DNA of 62,566 nt, filler included. It is 6 parts of 6 records of this genome, joined end to end, with 100 filler letters (N's around TTAATTAATTAA, not from the genome) between each part and the next. Parts side by side here need not be neighbours in the genome. Positions count along the whole stretch, not along the records: positions 49,139 to 55,342 come from SRR2962707_569; positions 55,443 to 62,566 come from SRR2962707_581; 4 more parts are not named here. One strand, given 5' to 3'. The notes beneath the pieces are model-generated. The model did no database searches. It was not told where the DNA came from and was given only the letters and a program-made list of their open reading frames with translations. The translations under genes and the position numbers were made by a program. Within the stretch, counting starts at the first letter, position 1. The number at the start of each line of letters is the position of its first letter. Below, piece by piece: positions 49,601 to 62,566 of the stretch.

Positions 49601-52600
49601 TTACTTCCCAACCATGCGGCGTAAGGTCACCCGCTTTTTGGCAAGGACTTTTTTCAGTTCGTGACGCTTGTGGTCTGGGAGATGTACACCGATTCCCCCA
49701 ATTTTCGACTCCAGCATCTGGATTTCGTCGCACAGTTCGTGATATCGACCGTAATCATCTGGTCTGTCTTGATAGTTATTGCTGGCATCTTCGCTGTCAA
49801 AGACTCTTTCATCGTCTCGGAAACGAGAACCGGAGCTACGCGGTGCTTCAGCAAGAGCAGATCCTCCAAAATCTCCCATTGAGGAGAAACTGGACGGGCC
49901 TCCACCCCATGAATGGTGTTTGGTCAGTTTAGCGTGCCCTTTCGGGCGACTACGACTAGGCCCTTCCTTTGGTGGAAGGTCGGATTGCCGTTGAGGCTGC
50001 GGCTGTGGTTTAGGCTTTCGCCTGACTGCAGGACGAACGTTGGCACTATTATCACTGCCATATTTATCAGTCTTCCGCCAAGCTTCTCGTTGAGTCTTTT
50101 TCAACACTCCCTGCTGTCGCTGAGCTTGCATCGATCGGGTTTCATCCCGCTGCACCACAGCCTGCTTCTGCGCAGTGGGAACGACTGGGGCTGATGCCAT
50201 TGATGTGCTCTGTACCATTTGCGACTTTGGCTGCTGAGCTGACTGACCTTGACCGTGGCGGCGCGTCCTGCCCGACAACTCTCCTGCGCGGACGGTTGTG
50301 TTATTGGCCGTTTCCATGCCAGATCCTACAACTTGAAGCGAAGTGCGTCCTCCTCCCCACGACCTATCGGCTAGAGGTGATCGCACAGCTACTGCGGGCG
50401 GCTGTGCTGTCGCAAACTGCACATGCTTTGTGCCCCGCGATGTGTCGATTGCAGCGCGTCGAACGCCTGACTTTATGGCAGATTTTCTGTGGGAAGGCCC
50501 GTTGGGTTGCTGGCGTTTTGACCCAACGTCAGACGCAGACTGTTTGTTCCGACGCTCTGCTGTGGTGGCATCATCATCGATGCCGTATGTGCCAAACACT
50601 ATGGATGATGGCCCTCCCCCCCATGACATCCGCCGAACTGAAAAATCTGGGTCCTTACTTGCACTTGGAGCTACCGCAGCCTCCACAGCAGTATTCGTAG
50701 TTGGTGCTTGCGCTTCGTGTGCCGAAATTGCCTGCCTGGATCGACTGGCAGCAGTAGACCGTGTGATGGACAAAGGTGCAGCTGCTTGCACACCTTTCAC
50801 ATTAGCCATTGCCAAAGCTGTTTCGACGCGACGGGAGTAATCATCAAGACGATTGTCTTCATTGGGCAAGCTCGGTACATCAGACCCGAGCACAATTTGA
50901 GAGTGACCTGGTATGCAACGAGATCATTGACGAACAAGAACGGTCAGACGATCAGCGACGATGCTGGCAGTACAGGCACAACCAAGGACGCAGAATAGCA
51001 TGCTGTTTGGTAGAAGCGACTGGGGTCAATCAGCGAACAGAGAGCGGTGCCTTACCTCCGGGAGGAGCCTGTACTCGGGTCGAGGGGCGATCGGTGAGCA
51101 CATTGCCACTATTCTGATGAGCACCAGACGCAAATCTATTGGAGGACGCAGCTTCGTGAGCGGATCGCTGCCCAAACGCCTGTCGAGGTTGATGTCCAAG
51201 CATAGGATCTGCTGGCAAGAGCGCCCCATTCTGGTCAAAAGAACCCAATTCGGCACTTGGCAAAACTTCACCAGCGATTCCACCAGATTCTATGCTTGGA
51301 GCACTATCATAAGCAGCAGGGTTGTAGCGGTCAGGTTGCCGGCCGAGCTGACGGGGCGGACTGTCACCCAGAATCTGGAACCCGGTGTGCCTGCCTTCTT
51401 GCATTGCGCCGCCACGCGCAAGCTCGCTATGGTGATCCACATCGTCGCTCATTGCTAATTGTGGCACGTATCCCGAATTTTGTACTGAAAATTGACCCTG
51501 GAACCGGTCAGCTTCTTCCAAGGCACTTTGAGGCCTTGAATCGAGCGCGTTGCCATCTGCTGCTTGTCCAGCGGTCGAAAAGATATCAATGGCAAGCCGA
51601 GGGTCTCCTTGTGCCTGAAGAAGCAAAAATTGCGCTTGCAGCATTGATTGGCCGGTGACTTTCCGCACGTAATCGATTTTCTGCATCAGCGTGTCTCTGT
51701 CTGGGCCACTTTGCACTGAACCATGAGGCACTTCACGCGCAGGACGTCGGTTTTGCTTTTCTTGCACCAAATTACCGTAAGCGGATGAACTTCCCATTTG
51801 TTGGTCCACTGCGTTCCGATTTGGGGCGTGCCCAATATCAACAACCTGAGATGATGAACTCCCTTGTTGGGCTCCTTGCTTTTGTTGTTGAGGCCGATTT
51901 TGTGGCCGCGAATGCGGATTTTGTGAGCTGCGTTTGGTGCTATGTGGAGGAGGAGCAGCAATTGCAGGCCGTCTTTGTGCCCGGAATTCCACGTATGTGG
52001 CCACACTGATGTCGCGTTCGCGTTTCAGTGCGTCTTGATCCCGCTGTGTTAAACGTCCAAACAGGTACGATATCAAACCTTTCGTACCTAATCGGGGGCC
52101 GGAAAAAAGACAAAAAAGAAGAAAAAAAAAATGAAATAAAATATGCATCGATATTAAACTGCGCGACCTGAGCTTGTTTGGTGGAAAAGCAAGGTGACCA
52201 ACCTCGGTTGCAAACTTCAGGCCTGACCCGCATCTGTGGATTGCCACTTATCCGAAGAGACTGAAGGCCCACGCACAAACCTACCAGTGATCACAAAAAA
52301 CAGGGACAAACAAGACACAGTTGTCATCGAAACGTCGGGAAAACCAAGCGTTCGGAGGAACTTGCTGTGACCAGTAGAAGTAAAAACCAAATCTGTGCAA
52401 TGCTCGACTAATCACTCACCAAGCTCAAGTGGGATGTCACGAATCACGTTGTTTTGGACATTTAAGTGCTGGAGTTTCGGTAGCCGCAGGATCACTTTGG
52501 GGATTCGACGAAGATCGTTGTCACTTACGTCCAGTACAAGTAGGTGGGGTAGGTAACACCAGGGTGCATCCTCTCTTTGCTGACAAGTGAGCCCAGCTTG

Positions 52601-55054
52601 TTGTTGTCGATCTTTGAAAACGAGGAATCGTGATAGCTTGTTGTGGCTCAAGCGCAACGTCTTTAGCTGAGATAGTCGCTGCACAAAATGTCCAGGTAAA
52701 GTTTCGAGTCGGTTGGCGCTTAAATCAAGGGTCTCGAGGCTTTTTTCTAGAGGAGATGAGGGCAGACTTGGGTCTGCGAACGCAGCAAAACCATCACTCT
52801 CGTGCTCCCGACCATTTCGTCGCACTTGACCTAGCAAATTACCTTGCAGTTCCAATGACTTCAGACGCAACATCATAATCTCAACTGGTAAGGCCTGGAT
52901 TCGATTGTTGTCAAGCCGAAGGGCGTGTAGCGAGCTTAAACACGCTATCCCGGAAGGAATGACGCGAAGTGCATGCCTCGATATTGACAGTTGCTCAATC
53001 ATTTTTTGTGTCCGCGGTGCAAAAAGCTCAGGTGGGAATTGCTGCAGCTGCCCGTCATTTTTATTTGTTGACGAGTTCCTCCTTGTCCCTCCGAGAAAGT
53101 TTTGCGGCTCCGGGGGGTCTATCACAACTACCTTTCGGCAGTATATCTCTGCAAGCGGTTCTTGACCACCGTTGTTGGGCTGCGTGGGCTGATCGAGGAG
53201 TCCAACGTGCGACTGCCGCTGTTCTTGGCGGCGAAATCTTTGCCTCAATTCAATTTGCTCTAAACCTTGATGTTGCTGCAAATCCGGCTGTTGCTGCTGC
53301 TGCAACAATGAGTACTGCTGCTGCCCACCTTCGTACCCTGACGGGTGCTGAGCGTCCTGGTAGCGGTGAAATTCATCGTTTTGAATGCGAGGCCCCGACA
53401 ATGGCTGCTGGCGCTGCCCATCTACAACAGGTTCGCGTGAAGGATGGTAGTAGTTGTCGACGCCCCAGTCCTTGCCACCACTGCCAATTGGTTGGTGAGC
53501 TGCAAAACTAGGCTGATTGTACAGATCGTTCTCACCGCCTTTCGTGACCCCGCTCTGATGCGGTGCTCGCCCGACAGGTTGCATGGGGATGCGAGACAAG
53601 AGATACTCTTTTGCTCGTGTCACACCAGCTTCAAGGGCCTCCCGCAAACGTGCATCACGAATAGGATTGCCTTCAATCTTAAGCGAGCGCAGGTTATGCA
53701 ATGAGCCAAGACTGGCAGGTACCTCTCCAATTCGGTTGTTCGAAATGTCCAAATGTTGCAGAATCTGTAAAGTCGACAAAACATCACCTGGAAGATCTTC
53801 CAAGAAGTTTGAAGCAACGTCAAAAATGACCAATGAGCTTGCAACCTTACTCAATTCGGACGGGTCAACCTCGGGAAGTTGGTTGTTGCTCAAGCGCAGC
53901 TCCTTCAAAGCTGACAGCTCTGTACCCCCACTTGATTCAGGTAGAACAGGAAAGATACACAATTGGTTTTTTCGGGCATCAAGAATCTGCAACTCACTGA
54001 GGTGAGAAAGAGATTCCGGAAGATCTTCAAGGCGGTTGTCCGGCAGATGCAAGACTCTTAGAGCTGGACACCAAACCCCTAACGGCGCAGCGATACTTGT
54101 GAGCTGATTGTTGCCTGCATGGATTTCATGGAGATGTTCCAGTGCCTCAAATTCAGGACCAAGCTCATGAAGTTGATTTTGGCTGCAGTCAAGGCGTGCA
54201 AGTGACGACGGCAACAGAGGAAGTTCTTGAAGCTGGTTCGAGGATACGTCGAGATCTGTCAATTCTCTCAAACTGTCAAGGGAAGGCAGCGAACTCAATT
54301 GGTTGTCACTGAGATTTAGAATGCGTAACTGCACCATGGCGGCAATCACAGAGCATTCACGAAGTTCGTTTCCCTTCAATAGGAGAACCTGCAGTCCCAG
54401 TCCGAGCGTGTGCATTTCGGAAGGTAACCAGGGCAAAAGATTGTGTGACAGATCTAGTTTTTGCAGGGCTGGCACCTGTTCCCACCACCGTTCTTCCGGA
54501 CGCCGCCATTTCGGATCAAAGAGCGTGTACACCTGTTCGGGGACCTCTCGCAGGTCACGGTTGGAGAGATACAGCACGCCGTTGAAACGTGCTTTGTGGT
54601 ACAGCCCTTCATCGTCGGAGCTATCGCTGTTCATTCCACCAATAAACACATTCCCAGAGGACGGAGCGCGCGCGTTTGTTGCCGGTGCTGGAGCTCGAGT
54701 TCGAGCTGGCCCAGCCATACCTGGAGCGCGCGGTGGCATCCCATTTGGCAAGCTGCGACTCGCTTGCGAGTACAGGCTACCACCACCACGCCCACGCTCG
54801 CGCCCAGGTCTGTCCTTGCCTTGCGATGGCTGAGCCGCAGAAGACAGCAACTTGGGTTTCTGGAAATGGTTTGAAGCTGGGCCACCGGCATCAGCACCTG
54901 CAGCAGGATATTGCCCGGTACCAGCTGCAGTAGAGAAGGACGAAGAAGAAGGGGCTGCGGGTGACATTGAGTTGACCATTCTCCGGCTGTAGCTGAGGCG
55001 AGGTCGACCACCACCACTCTTTCGACTTGAAGAAGGAGTGGAGGAGCTGTACAT
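49601..55054 (-). CDS. Eukaryotic LRRC40-like LRR protein with Q-rich insert, UBA-like domain and SPIRAL1-like motifs; exons 55054-52420, 52280-52203, 52087-51056, 50907-49601 (about 1683 aa)
   Basis: LxxLxLxxN repeats; three phase-1 GT-AG introns give a 5052-nt open frame and restore the cap LGLCVGLQSLRISGNP...RGTKGLISYL and APPGGHSQIVLG. Confidence 0.82.
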
Positions 55055-55874
55055 GGCACTTGCTTTGTTCACTCACTTCCTCACTTGCTACCTTGTGCGT
55101 TTGTCGCTTGGATTCAATAATTATGCTGCGGTGTCGCACGCACTTGAACTAAGTCTCGCAGCAACTGCTCATGGTTCCACCTGGGTGGCGGCCCACCCAA
55201 TTCAGAGGGGTTTCGAAATGGGCTGAGCAGGGAAGTGAGCTCACCAGCTGAACCAGCCACGGGGAGAAAAAATAACGAGCAGCACTTCCGGGAGAATTCT
55301 TTCGTGGGATTGGAGAGAGAGGGTCTCAAGAGAGAGAGAGTCNNNNNNNNNNNNNNNNNNNNNNNNNNNNNNNNNNNNNNNNNNNNTTAATTAATTAANN
55401 NNNNNNNNNNNNNNNNNNNNNNNNNNNNNNNNNNNNNNNNNNACTCGCGGCTTCTATCTCCTTGCCAGGCAACAGCTTCGCAGCATCCCATTGGCTCCCC
55501 ACCGTCCATGACGCACGCAATGCGCGGAGACTACTGGCGCCTCTTGGGGTGGGCAAGCCATGACACCAAGCGACGAGCCTTAACCCCTGTTGTGATCCCT
55601 GCAGTGAGTGGGTTGATGATGCAGTCATGCGGACAGTGAGTGCGAGAATCTCAGAATAAGTTCTTTGCGTTTGGGTTTGCTGACGTTCACACAGTTAGTT
55701 AATGTATGCAATGTCGAAATTGCAAGACATGCACTGTGCGAAGCTACTCACGTGAATTATGTGCGGTTAGGTAGAGTTGACATGTTAATTATTATCTCTG
55801 ATCATAGAGGCATGCAATGCGCTTGCGCGTCTTCCACAGACGCCCAGCACGAAAACCAGTGCAGACATAGTTTT

Positions 55875-58800
55875 TTACTGCGTGGTGCACTCTCCAGGGG
55901 ATTCATCTTCGTCATCATCATTGTGGATTGCAATAGAAGAATCTGTCGCATTTGTAGCATTGACTGCGACTGTCGAAGTAGATTGTGCGGTTACTGGTGC
56001 TGCGAGCAAGCGTTTGGTGGTGGTATCCGCGGGTGCCACAACATTCTCCGTTGTGGAGGACCGCGTTGCCAGGGGAGTTCGGCTCTTGGACGCAATACCC
56101 TTCGCACTGGACGAATTGTCCTTAGCGGACGTCGATGCTGGCGAGTCTGCAAGGAATTTTGTCAAGCTGGGGATGTTTAGTGTGACCGACTCGTCGCGCT
56201 GGACGGCGGCCTCACGCAATGCCGAGATTTCTTCCATAAGCTCCAAGTTCTCGTTTTCCAAATACTTGATTTCCTTCAAAAACTGGGCTTCCTTCTCCTT
56301 GTACGCCTCAGAAATGCTGACGTCAGCACGAAGCAGCTTGTCCTTGAGTTGTGCATTCTCCTTCTCTGAGGCCTCGATGGTTGCACGCTGCTTCTTGACA
56401 GTTGACGCGAGTTCGTCACGTTCACCAGCAACAGTATCCACAGCGTCGCGAAGCTCGTCAACTTCCTGTGACAGGACCGCGATGCGTTCAGCAGCTGCAT
56501 CTGCGTCTGCGTCAGCAGCACCACTGCGAGTCCGTGAGCCGCGAGTTGAACTGCCGGCGGCGGTCAGATTCTTAACAGTTTCGCGAAGGCTCTTGTTTTC
56601 TTTCTTGAACTTCTTGTGCTCTTTTTTAAGCGCCATGAGCTTCTGCACCTGATCGTTGGTCAGTTTCACTGCTTCCAGCTTTGCAATGCGTTGAGCTTGC
56701 TCGCGAACCCGTGCACGCTCGCTGTGAACCTCTTGCTTCAGAACATCAATAGTCTGTTGAGCGGCATTTGTTTCAGCGTCTGCAATTGCTGCGCGTTGGT
56801 CTCGCAGGTGAGATGCCTGTTCCCGCACTTTCGTGGCAAGGCTCGCATTTTGAGCACGAAGATCAGCTTCTGACGCTGCAAGACGTGCGGCTTCCTGAGC
56901 GACGGCCTCGTACTGCTCGAGGGCCTTGGTCTTGTGCATGGCATACTTGCGCGTCCACGCATCAACACTGGCCTGCAGTTCCTGCTGCTCCACAGTATAC
57001 GCTTCGTGGGCTTCTTGAGCCTTTTCAACCTGTTTGTGGAGAGTGGCCACTTCAGCCTCCCGCTCCTGCAAAACCGTGTTTTGGTACTCGACCTCTTGCT
57101 GCAGCTCAAGCAACTTCTCTTCTGCCGTTGTTCCTGTTGACGAGGTCGAGGTGTCGGCAGCAGATGCGGCGGCCGCCTCCAGTTCAATAATACGCTGCTT
57201 GAGGGAGTCAACCTCCGCAGACAGCGTGTCGCAGGCGCTGCGGGCCGTCGCAAGTGCTTGATTTGCTGCATTCTCTGCGCGGCTTTTTTCTGCGAGCTCC
57301 TCCGTGACATCGTTCACTTGTTGGCTAGCTTTTTCTGCTGCCAATGCGAGAGCATTTTTTTCTTCTGCAAGTGCTTCTGACGCAACCTTTGCGGATTCAA
57401 AAGAAGAACGCAGCTTCTTCACAGTGTTTGACAGCTCGCCCACTTTCTTTTGGGCGGCATTCCTTTGTTCCAGCGCTGCTTCAAGGTCTTGCGCAAGGCC
57501 ACTGTTCGCAGCAGCAGCAACAGCATCTGCAGCAGCGGACTTTGCCATTTCCAACTCGTCTTGAGCTGCTCCAAGGCGTTGATCTTGGTCCTGCAGTTTC
57601 TGAGTCGCATCAGCTAGTTCCGTCTAATGGTACACGCAATAAAGTACATATTGTGAGCGAAAGTCTTTGATCACATAAAACAACAGTCAGTAACAGCAGA
57701 AAGTTCAAGCTTACTTTCTGCTTTTGAACGCGGCGCTCAAGAGCAGCAACTGCAAGCTTGAGACGCTCGTTGGAATCCTCTAGCTGCCGAACATCGTCCA
57801 TTGATGCAGTATTGGCGGTCTGCTCCTCCACACGACGCTCAAGCGCTTGAATAGCCGTGCTCTTCTCGTGTACCTCAGTTCGAAGTTCGTCACAACGCGC
57901 GTCCATTTTGGCAATGCTTTGCTGGTATCTCTCGCATTTCGCGGTAAGGTTCTGCACTTCCTGTCTCTTTTCAATAACTTCCTGCGTGTTGGCCTGTGCA
58001 CTTGCTGTCAGGTTGGCGTGCTGCTTTTCCAAGAACTCTAAGCGACGTGCCTGCTCAGCCTCGTCGGTTGATCCCTGGGTGCGTAGACGATTAATTTCGT
58101 GCTCCAATGCAGCCACTTTTTCGACGTGAGCCTTGTTGGCTTTGGCTGCGGTCTCCTCCGCCTCCTGAAGTTTGGTGTCTGCCGTAAACATCATTCCCTC
58201 AAGCTCTTTCACGCGTTGCTGCAGTTCTTTGATCTGGGTCTCCTTCTTCTCAAGTTCCTGCTTCATGAGCCCGTTGGCAGTGTCACTCTGTGTCGCTGCT
58301 TTACGTGCTGCTTCCTCACTCGACTGAATTTGTGTGGCCTCGTTGACATCAGCGTTGACACGGGCAATTTGGACGGCAAGTTTTTCCTTGGTTTCGGCCA
58401 GTTCTGCTTCCGCAACTTCCAAATTTTGAGTGGCCACGTTGAGTTCGTCTTGAAGAGCTTCTGCGTTTTGCTTTGCAGAGACAAGCTCGACAGCTGCTTT
58501 CTCGCTTGCAGAGGTTAGGTCAGCTTCGCGCTCGGCCCATGTGACTTGACGGCTTTCGGCCTCTGCCTTCAAGTCGGAAACTTGCTGCTGCACCATTTGA
58601 AGTTGGTTGCTGAGGGCTACAGACTGCTCTGAGGACCCAGATGATGCCGCCAACGCTGCGGAATGTGCAGCTTCAGCAGTTTCGCGTGCAGACTTTTCGG
58701 CTGAGAGTTCCATCCGAAGCTCATCAATTGTTTTTTGTGCCGTCGAATTTTCCTGTTGAAGTCGCAAGTTTTCTTCGACATGGGTTGCGCCAACACCAGC

Positions 58801-61800
58801 AGCAGCTTCGAGTGTTTTGATTTGGTCTTCCTGCTGCTTCAAAGTTTCTGCTTTGGCAACAAGGTCAGCGGTGACTTCTTCCATCTCATTGCTCATTTCA
58901 TTGCGAGCCGCATTGGCTTCCTCGATGGCCGTGGTCTGTGATTGAATCTCTGTCTCAAGCTTCGAGACAGTGGCTTCCAGCAAACTCACCTTGGCTTCGG
59001 CAGCAGTTTTCTCGTCCTCGAGCCCCTGCATCTCAAAAGACAGAACCGAGTTGGTCTCCTTGAGATCGGTGATTTCGTCGGCATGTGCCTTTGCGGCTTC
59101 CTCCACTGCAACCTTTTCTTCGAGTGCCGTCTTGTAGGCTCCTTCGGCTTCGGTGAGCTTGCCTTCCAGCGTTGTCAGCTTGGATTTGAGCTCCTCCAGC
59201 TCATCAACGCCAGCATTTGAGTCCAAGGCCATGGCAGCTGCTTCAGCTTGGGCGGATTCCAACTGGGCCTCAAGCTCAGTGCGGGCTTCTGTGACGGCCT
59301 CAAGCTGCGCAACAGTCTCGTCAAACGTGGCCATAAGCTCAGCGTTGGTCGCAGCTTGTTCATTGATGGTGGCTTCCTTCTCGCTGATACTTGTTTGGGC
59401 CTGGTCAAATTGCTCCTTCAAGATATCGTTTGCGGCCATGGTCTCTGCGAGCTTTGCTTCAGCTGCTGTCTTGGCACTTGTCGACTCTTCGAGCTGGGCA
59501 ACGGTCTCTTCGAAAGTTGCCATAAGTTCAGCATTCTTTGCCTCTTGCTCTTGCATAACGACTTGAAGTTGGGAAGCAGATGACTACGCAACAACGAAGA
59601 ATCGATGAGCAAAAGCCGAGTTAGTCTTGTCTTACCAATTTTGAGATCGTGAAGAGAGGAACTTCTTCGCGAATATGGCCATCAAACACTAAGCAAATTT
59701 TGCAAGTGACAACGCATACCTGCGATCCTTGCAGTTCGCTGATCTCTTTCCGTGCGGCCTCATACTTCTCCGCCAGGGCATTTTGAGCCACGGTGGATTC
59801 TTCGAGTTGTCCCACAGTTTCTTCAAATGTTGCCATGAGCTCAGCGTTTGTGACCTCGTTTGCCTCAACTACGGCTCGGAGGCGTTCAATCTCGGCAGCT
59901 TGCTCCTCTGCTTTTGCTTCAGCGGCACGCGTGGCCTCAGCTGCAGCCTCAAGGTCGGCCACAAGCTCTGCTGCCTTGGCCTCTACCGCAGCTGCAATGT
60001 CCGCATCAGCAGCTTTGATTTTTGCGTTTGCCTCTTGTGCTTCGGCGCGGGCCAGCTCAAGTTCAGCAGCGAGTGCAGCTTTAGCTTCTGATGTTTCTTC
60101 CAATTTTGAAGCAATATCCGTGTTCTCAGATTGAATGCGATCCACTTGCTCAGCAAGCACGACTTCCTTGGCTGCAGACTGTTCCTTCAATGTTGCTAAC
60201 GCAGCCTGCTGGTCTTCCAAATCGCTTTCCAAGCTTGCGACACGGTCTTTCGCTTCCGTGAGCAAGTGTGCCTGCTGTTCGTCGGATTCTTCATGTCGCT
60301 TTGTTTGCGTTTCGAGGCGCGAGCGCAGAACATCAAGCTCAAATTCAAGCTCTTTGATCCGATTTCCTTGTCGCTCCTCCTCAGCTTGTGCGTCTGCCGC
60401 GGCGGCCGCCTCTTTTTGAAGTTTTGCCTTCTTCAACGATGGGGAAGCTGCGGCCACTGAAGAAATCAAACCAAGAGCGTCAAACGCAGCGTCGTCTTCG
60501 TCGCGGACCGTAAAATCGCTGCCCCGGATACCAAGTAGCGCAGAAGGGAGCATGCTGTGGCGCCGGCGGGATTTTCCCTTTGCATTCATTGCAGCAGCAT
60601 CTCGCTTACGCCGGCCCGCATTCATGACCGACGTGAGAACGAGCTTCTTTAGGTTTTCGTATTTTTTGTCTGCAGCCTCCTTTTCATCAGCCTGCTGCTT
60701 GGAAAGGTCCTTAGTTTCCTGCAGGGCATCGCGTAGAGCTTCAATTTCTTCTTGAGTTTTTCCGGACTGCATGGCATTGAGTTGCTCCTCCATCTGTTTT
60801 TGTCGGCGGCGAGCGTCCCGGAGGTCTTTCTTCATGCGCCGGAGCTGGCAATCCTCGTCCAGAGTTTCATTGACTTTGGCGCTTGTTTTGATCAGCTTTG
60901 CTCGCTGAGCAAATGCCAAAGTGGTGCGAGTCTCCTCTCGGAAGCAACTTGCAGGCGTTGCACACGCAATGAGTGCCGTTTTGCAGTTTCCTGCCAACGA
61001 TGGTTGGAGAATGTGCGTGAGCTTGGAGTCACGGAAATTAATGTGACCAGCGCCACTGCCAATTTGCTTGATCACGCGAGAGAGAGTGAGCAGGGACTTG
61101 TTGATTTGGCCAGCTTCTTTGAGCCGTGTGCCCTCGGCTCCGGTGTGGCGCACGTTCTCGGACCCAGCAAGGTCAACCAGGTTCAGGTGCGACTCCAAAA
61201 TTGCTCCATCAACATCATCGTCACCAGACAGACGCCGCTCCGAGCGCTCCTTGGACTCGACCATAATCTTGAAGATGGTGTGACTGCGACTGCTACGGAA
61301 GTTAATGTCTGTGGCGTTGACCTCCCGCATTTGATCTCCACGACGCAAAGCGCTCATGATTGATTCAGCATCGGTTACAACAACACTGGTACTGTTCACG
61401 AAGGGACCTGTGCGTGGATTGACATGGATCTTGAGGTGCGACCCAAGCTTCTTGTCAGGCTGGAGGAGGTCACGAATGACTTCGTTGTAGATCTCCACGT
61501 AGGACAGGCGGAGAAGAAACTCCCGCTCGGGGGTGTTCTCGACATGCTCGAAGATCTGACGTGCAGCCAATTCAATGAAGCCAACGTTGGAGCTGTTCTT
61601 CTTTCCGTCACCCTGCATCGTGAACGTTTTCCCACTTGACGTCATTCCGTATGCAAAAACTGTCCCGTTGATTCCGCGCATAGCGTTGCCGACAAGGGCA
61701 CTGCCAACATCTTTGTACACCTGCTCGGTCGTGGCCTCTCCGCCATACACCTTGTCAAACGTTGCGCCCGAGTCTTTGATTGGTTTATTGTCCTCGCCTG

Positions 61801-61924
61801 TTTCACACACGGTGCTGTACTCCGTCATTGCAGTCCAAGCAACCCCAGAGGCGACTTCGCGTTCGCCCAGTGGGCGGAAACGGATGCATACTTGCAGCGC
61901 CGTGCTGTCTTCGTGCGCCGCCAT
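55875..61924 (-). CDS. Kinesin-7 (CENP-E-like) motor with long coiled coil; exons 61924-59720, 59583-57715, 57623-55875 (about 1940 aa)
   Basis: VCIRFRP, AYGMTSSGKT, SSRSH, LVDLAGSE, HINFRDSKLT; two phase-0 GT-AG introns; C-terminal CTTQ. Confidence 0.88.
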
Positions 61925-62519
61925 GACACTCAAAGACCCTCAAAGTGTAACAAGCGAACGAACGAACGACAGCAAAACTCGTCCCTGCACGTGGGACCGC
62001 CTGCCTGTGGATGCAGCGAGGTGAAGCGAGTTTTCTTTCTTCAGCGTACGTAGCAGAATAAAAGCCAGGTTTCAAGCTCGACTTGAAAGAATGGAAAAAA
62101 AATCGACAGCGAAACGGGGCCTCCACTCCACAGACAAAGTTCTGCAAGTTGCGATCACCCCGACAACCAGTCTAAATCACCACCTTCAGTCGAAGAGTTT
62201 CATCCCCACGTTTGCGGCAGCGCTTGTTCATTGATGGAACGACATTAGGTGTTGCCGGTGGCATGGACTCACTCGCTCACTCACGCTCCCGCACCTACCG
62301 GTACCTCTCCTCGTCCTCAACAAGCACGCCCACGCACACCATCGGTTAGGACAAGGGGATGGACGAACAAACGAGGGAGCACTAAGACAAACAGACAGAC
62401 AGCCCGAGAGACCGAGCAAGTGTGTGCCGCGTTGCGCGCGTGCCTGTTGTCGTGGAATTGAGTCTGAACAATGTGCGTGTGTGGGTGGGGGAGGACACAA
62501 ACGTTCAAACCAGGTCGCG

Positions 62520-62566
62520 AGTGAGTGTGTGTCAGAGAGTGAGTGAGAGAGCGAGAGAGTGTGTGT
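62520..62566. repeat. GT/GA microsatellite at contig end
   Basis: gtgagtgtgtgtcagagagtgagtgagagagcgagagagtgtgtgt. Confidence 0.7.

Noticed and set aside
1-62566. CRISPR arrays, tRNA/rRNA, intact transposases or integrases
   Set aside because: None recognised by eye; the repeats at 48450-49038 are simple microsatellites without unique spacers

Overview
The window is not one locus. It is six unrelated contigs joined by 100-nt N spacers carrying a TTAATTAATTAA linker (27198-27297, 36170-36269, 42788-42887, 49039-49138, 55343-55442). Contig 1 (1-27197, alphaproteobacterial, Hyphomicrobiales-like) has four parts. First is a peptide ABC/Xaa-Pro peptidase cluster. Second is a decayed accessory patch (GNAT toxin remnant, Excalibur protein, Zn-finger protein, SRAP). 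Third is a ~14.6-kb LacI-associated phosphoester cluster: an ABC importer with three tandem binding proteins, two inositol-monophosphatase-family enzymes, a CX5R phosphatase, an Na/Pi symporter, a metallophosphoesterase and TetR, with four copies of a TGCAC-N4-GTGCA operator. Last come nucleotidyltransferase and MBL hydrolase genes plus a metallopeptidase fragment fused head-to-head to a 5'-truncated ligD. Contig 2 (Marinobacter-like) carries the arsJ end, SDR, fetAB-like genes, MFS, a DUF3524/GTDC1-like glycosyltransferase, a thioesterase, a Pho box and pstSCA. Contig 3 (Devosia-like) carries the dnaE2 end, phhB, an orphan sugar-binding protein, and a membrane GGDEF-EAL protein followed by a FeeM-like N-acyl amino acid synthase with CtrA-like boxes. 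Contigs 4-6 are eukaryotic (protist) with GT-AG introns: a low-complexity gene, a PH + ER/K-helix gene, an LRRC40-like LRR gene fused to UBA-like and SPIRAL1-like motifs, and a CENP-E-like kinesin ending in a CaaX box. The best candidates for undescribed systems are the phosphoester-scavenging regulon and the GGDEF-EAL/N-acyl synthase pair. All family and taxon calls come from motif recognition by eye; no searches were run.
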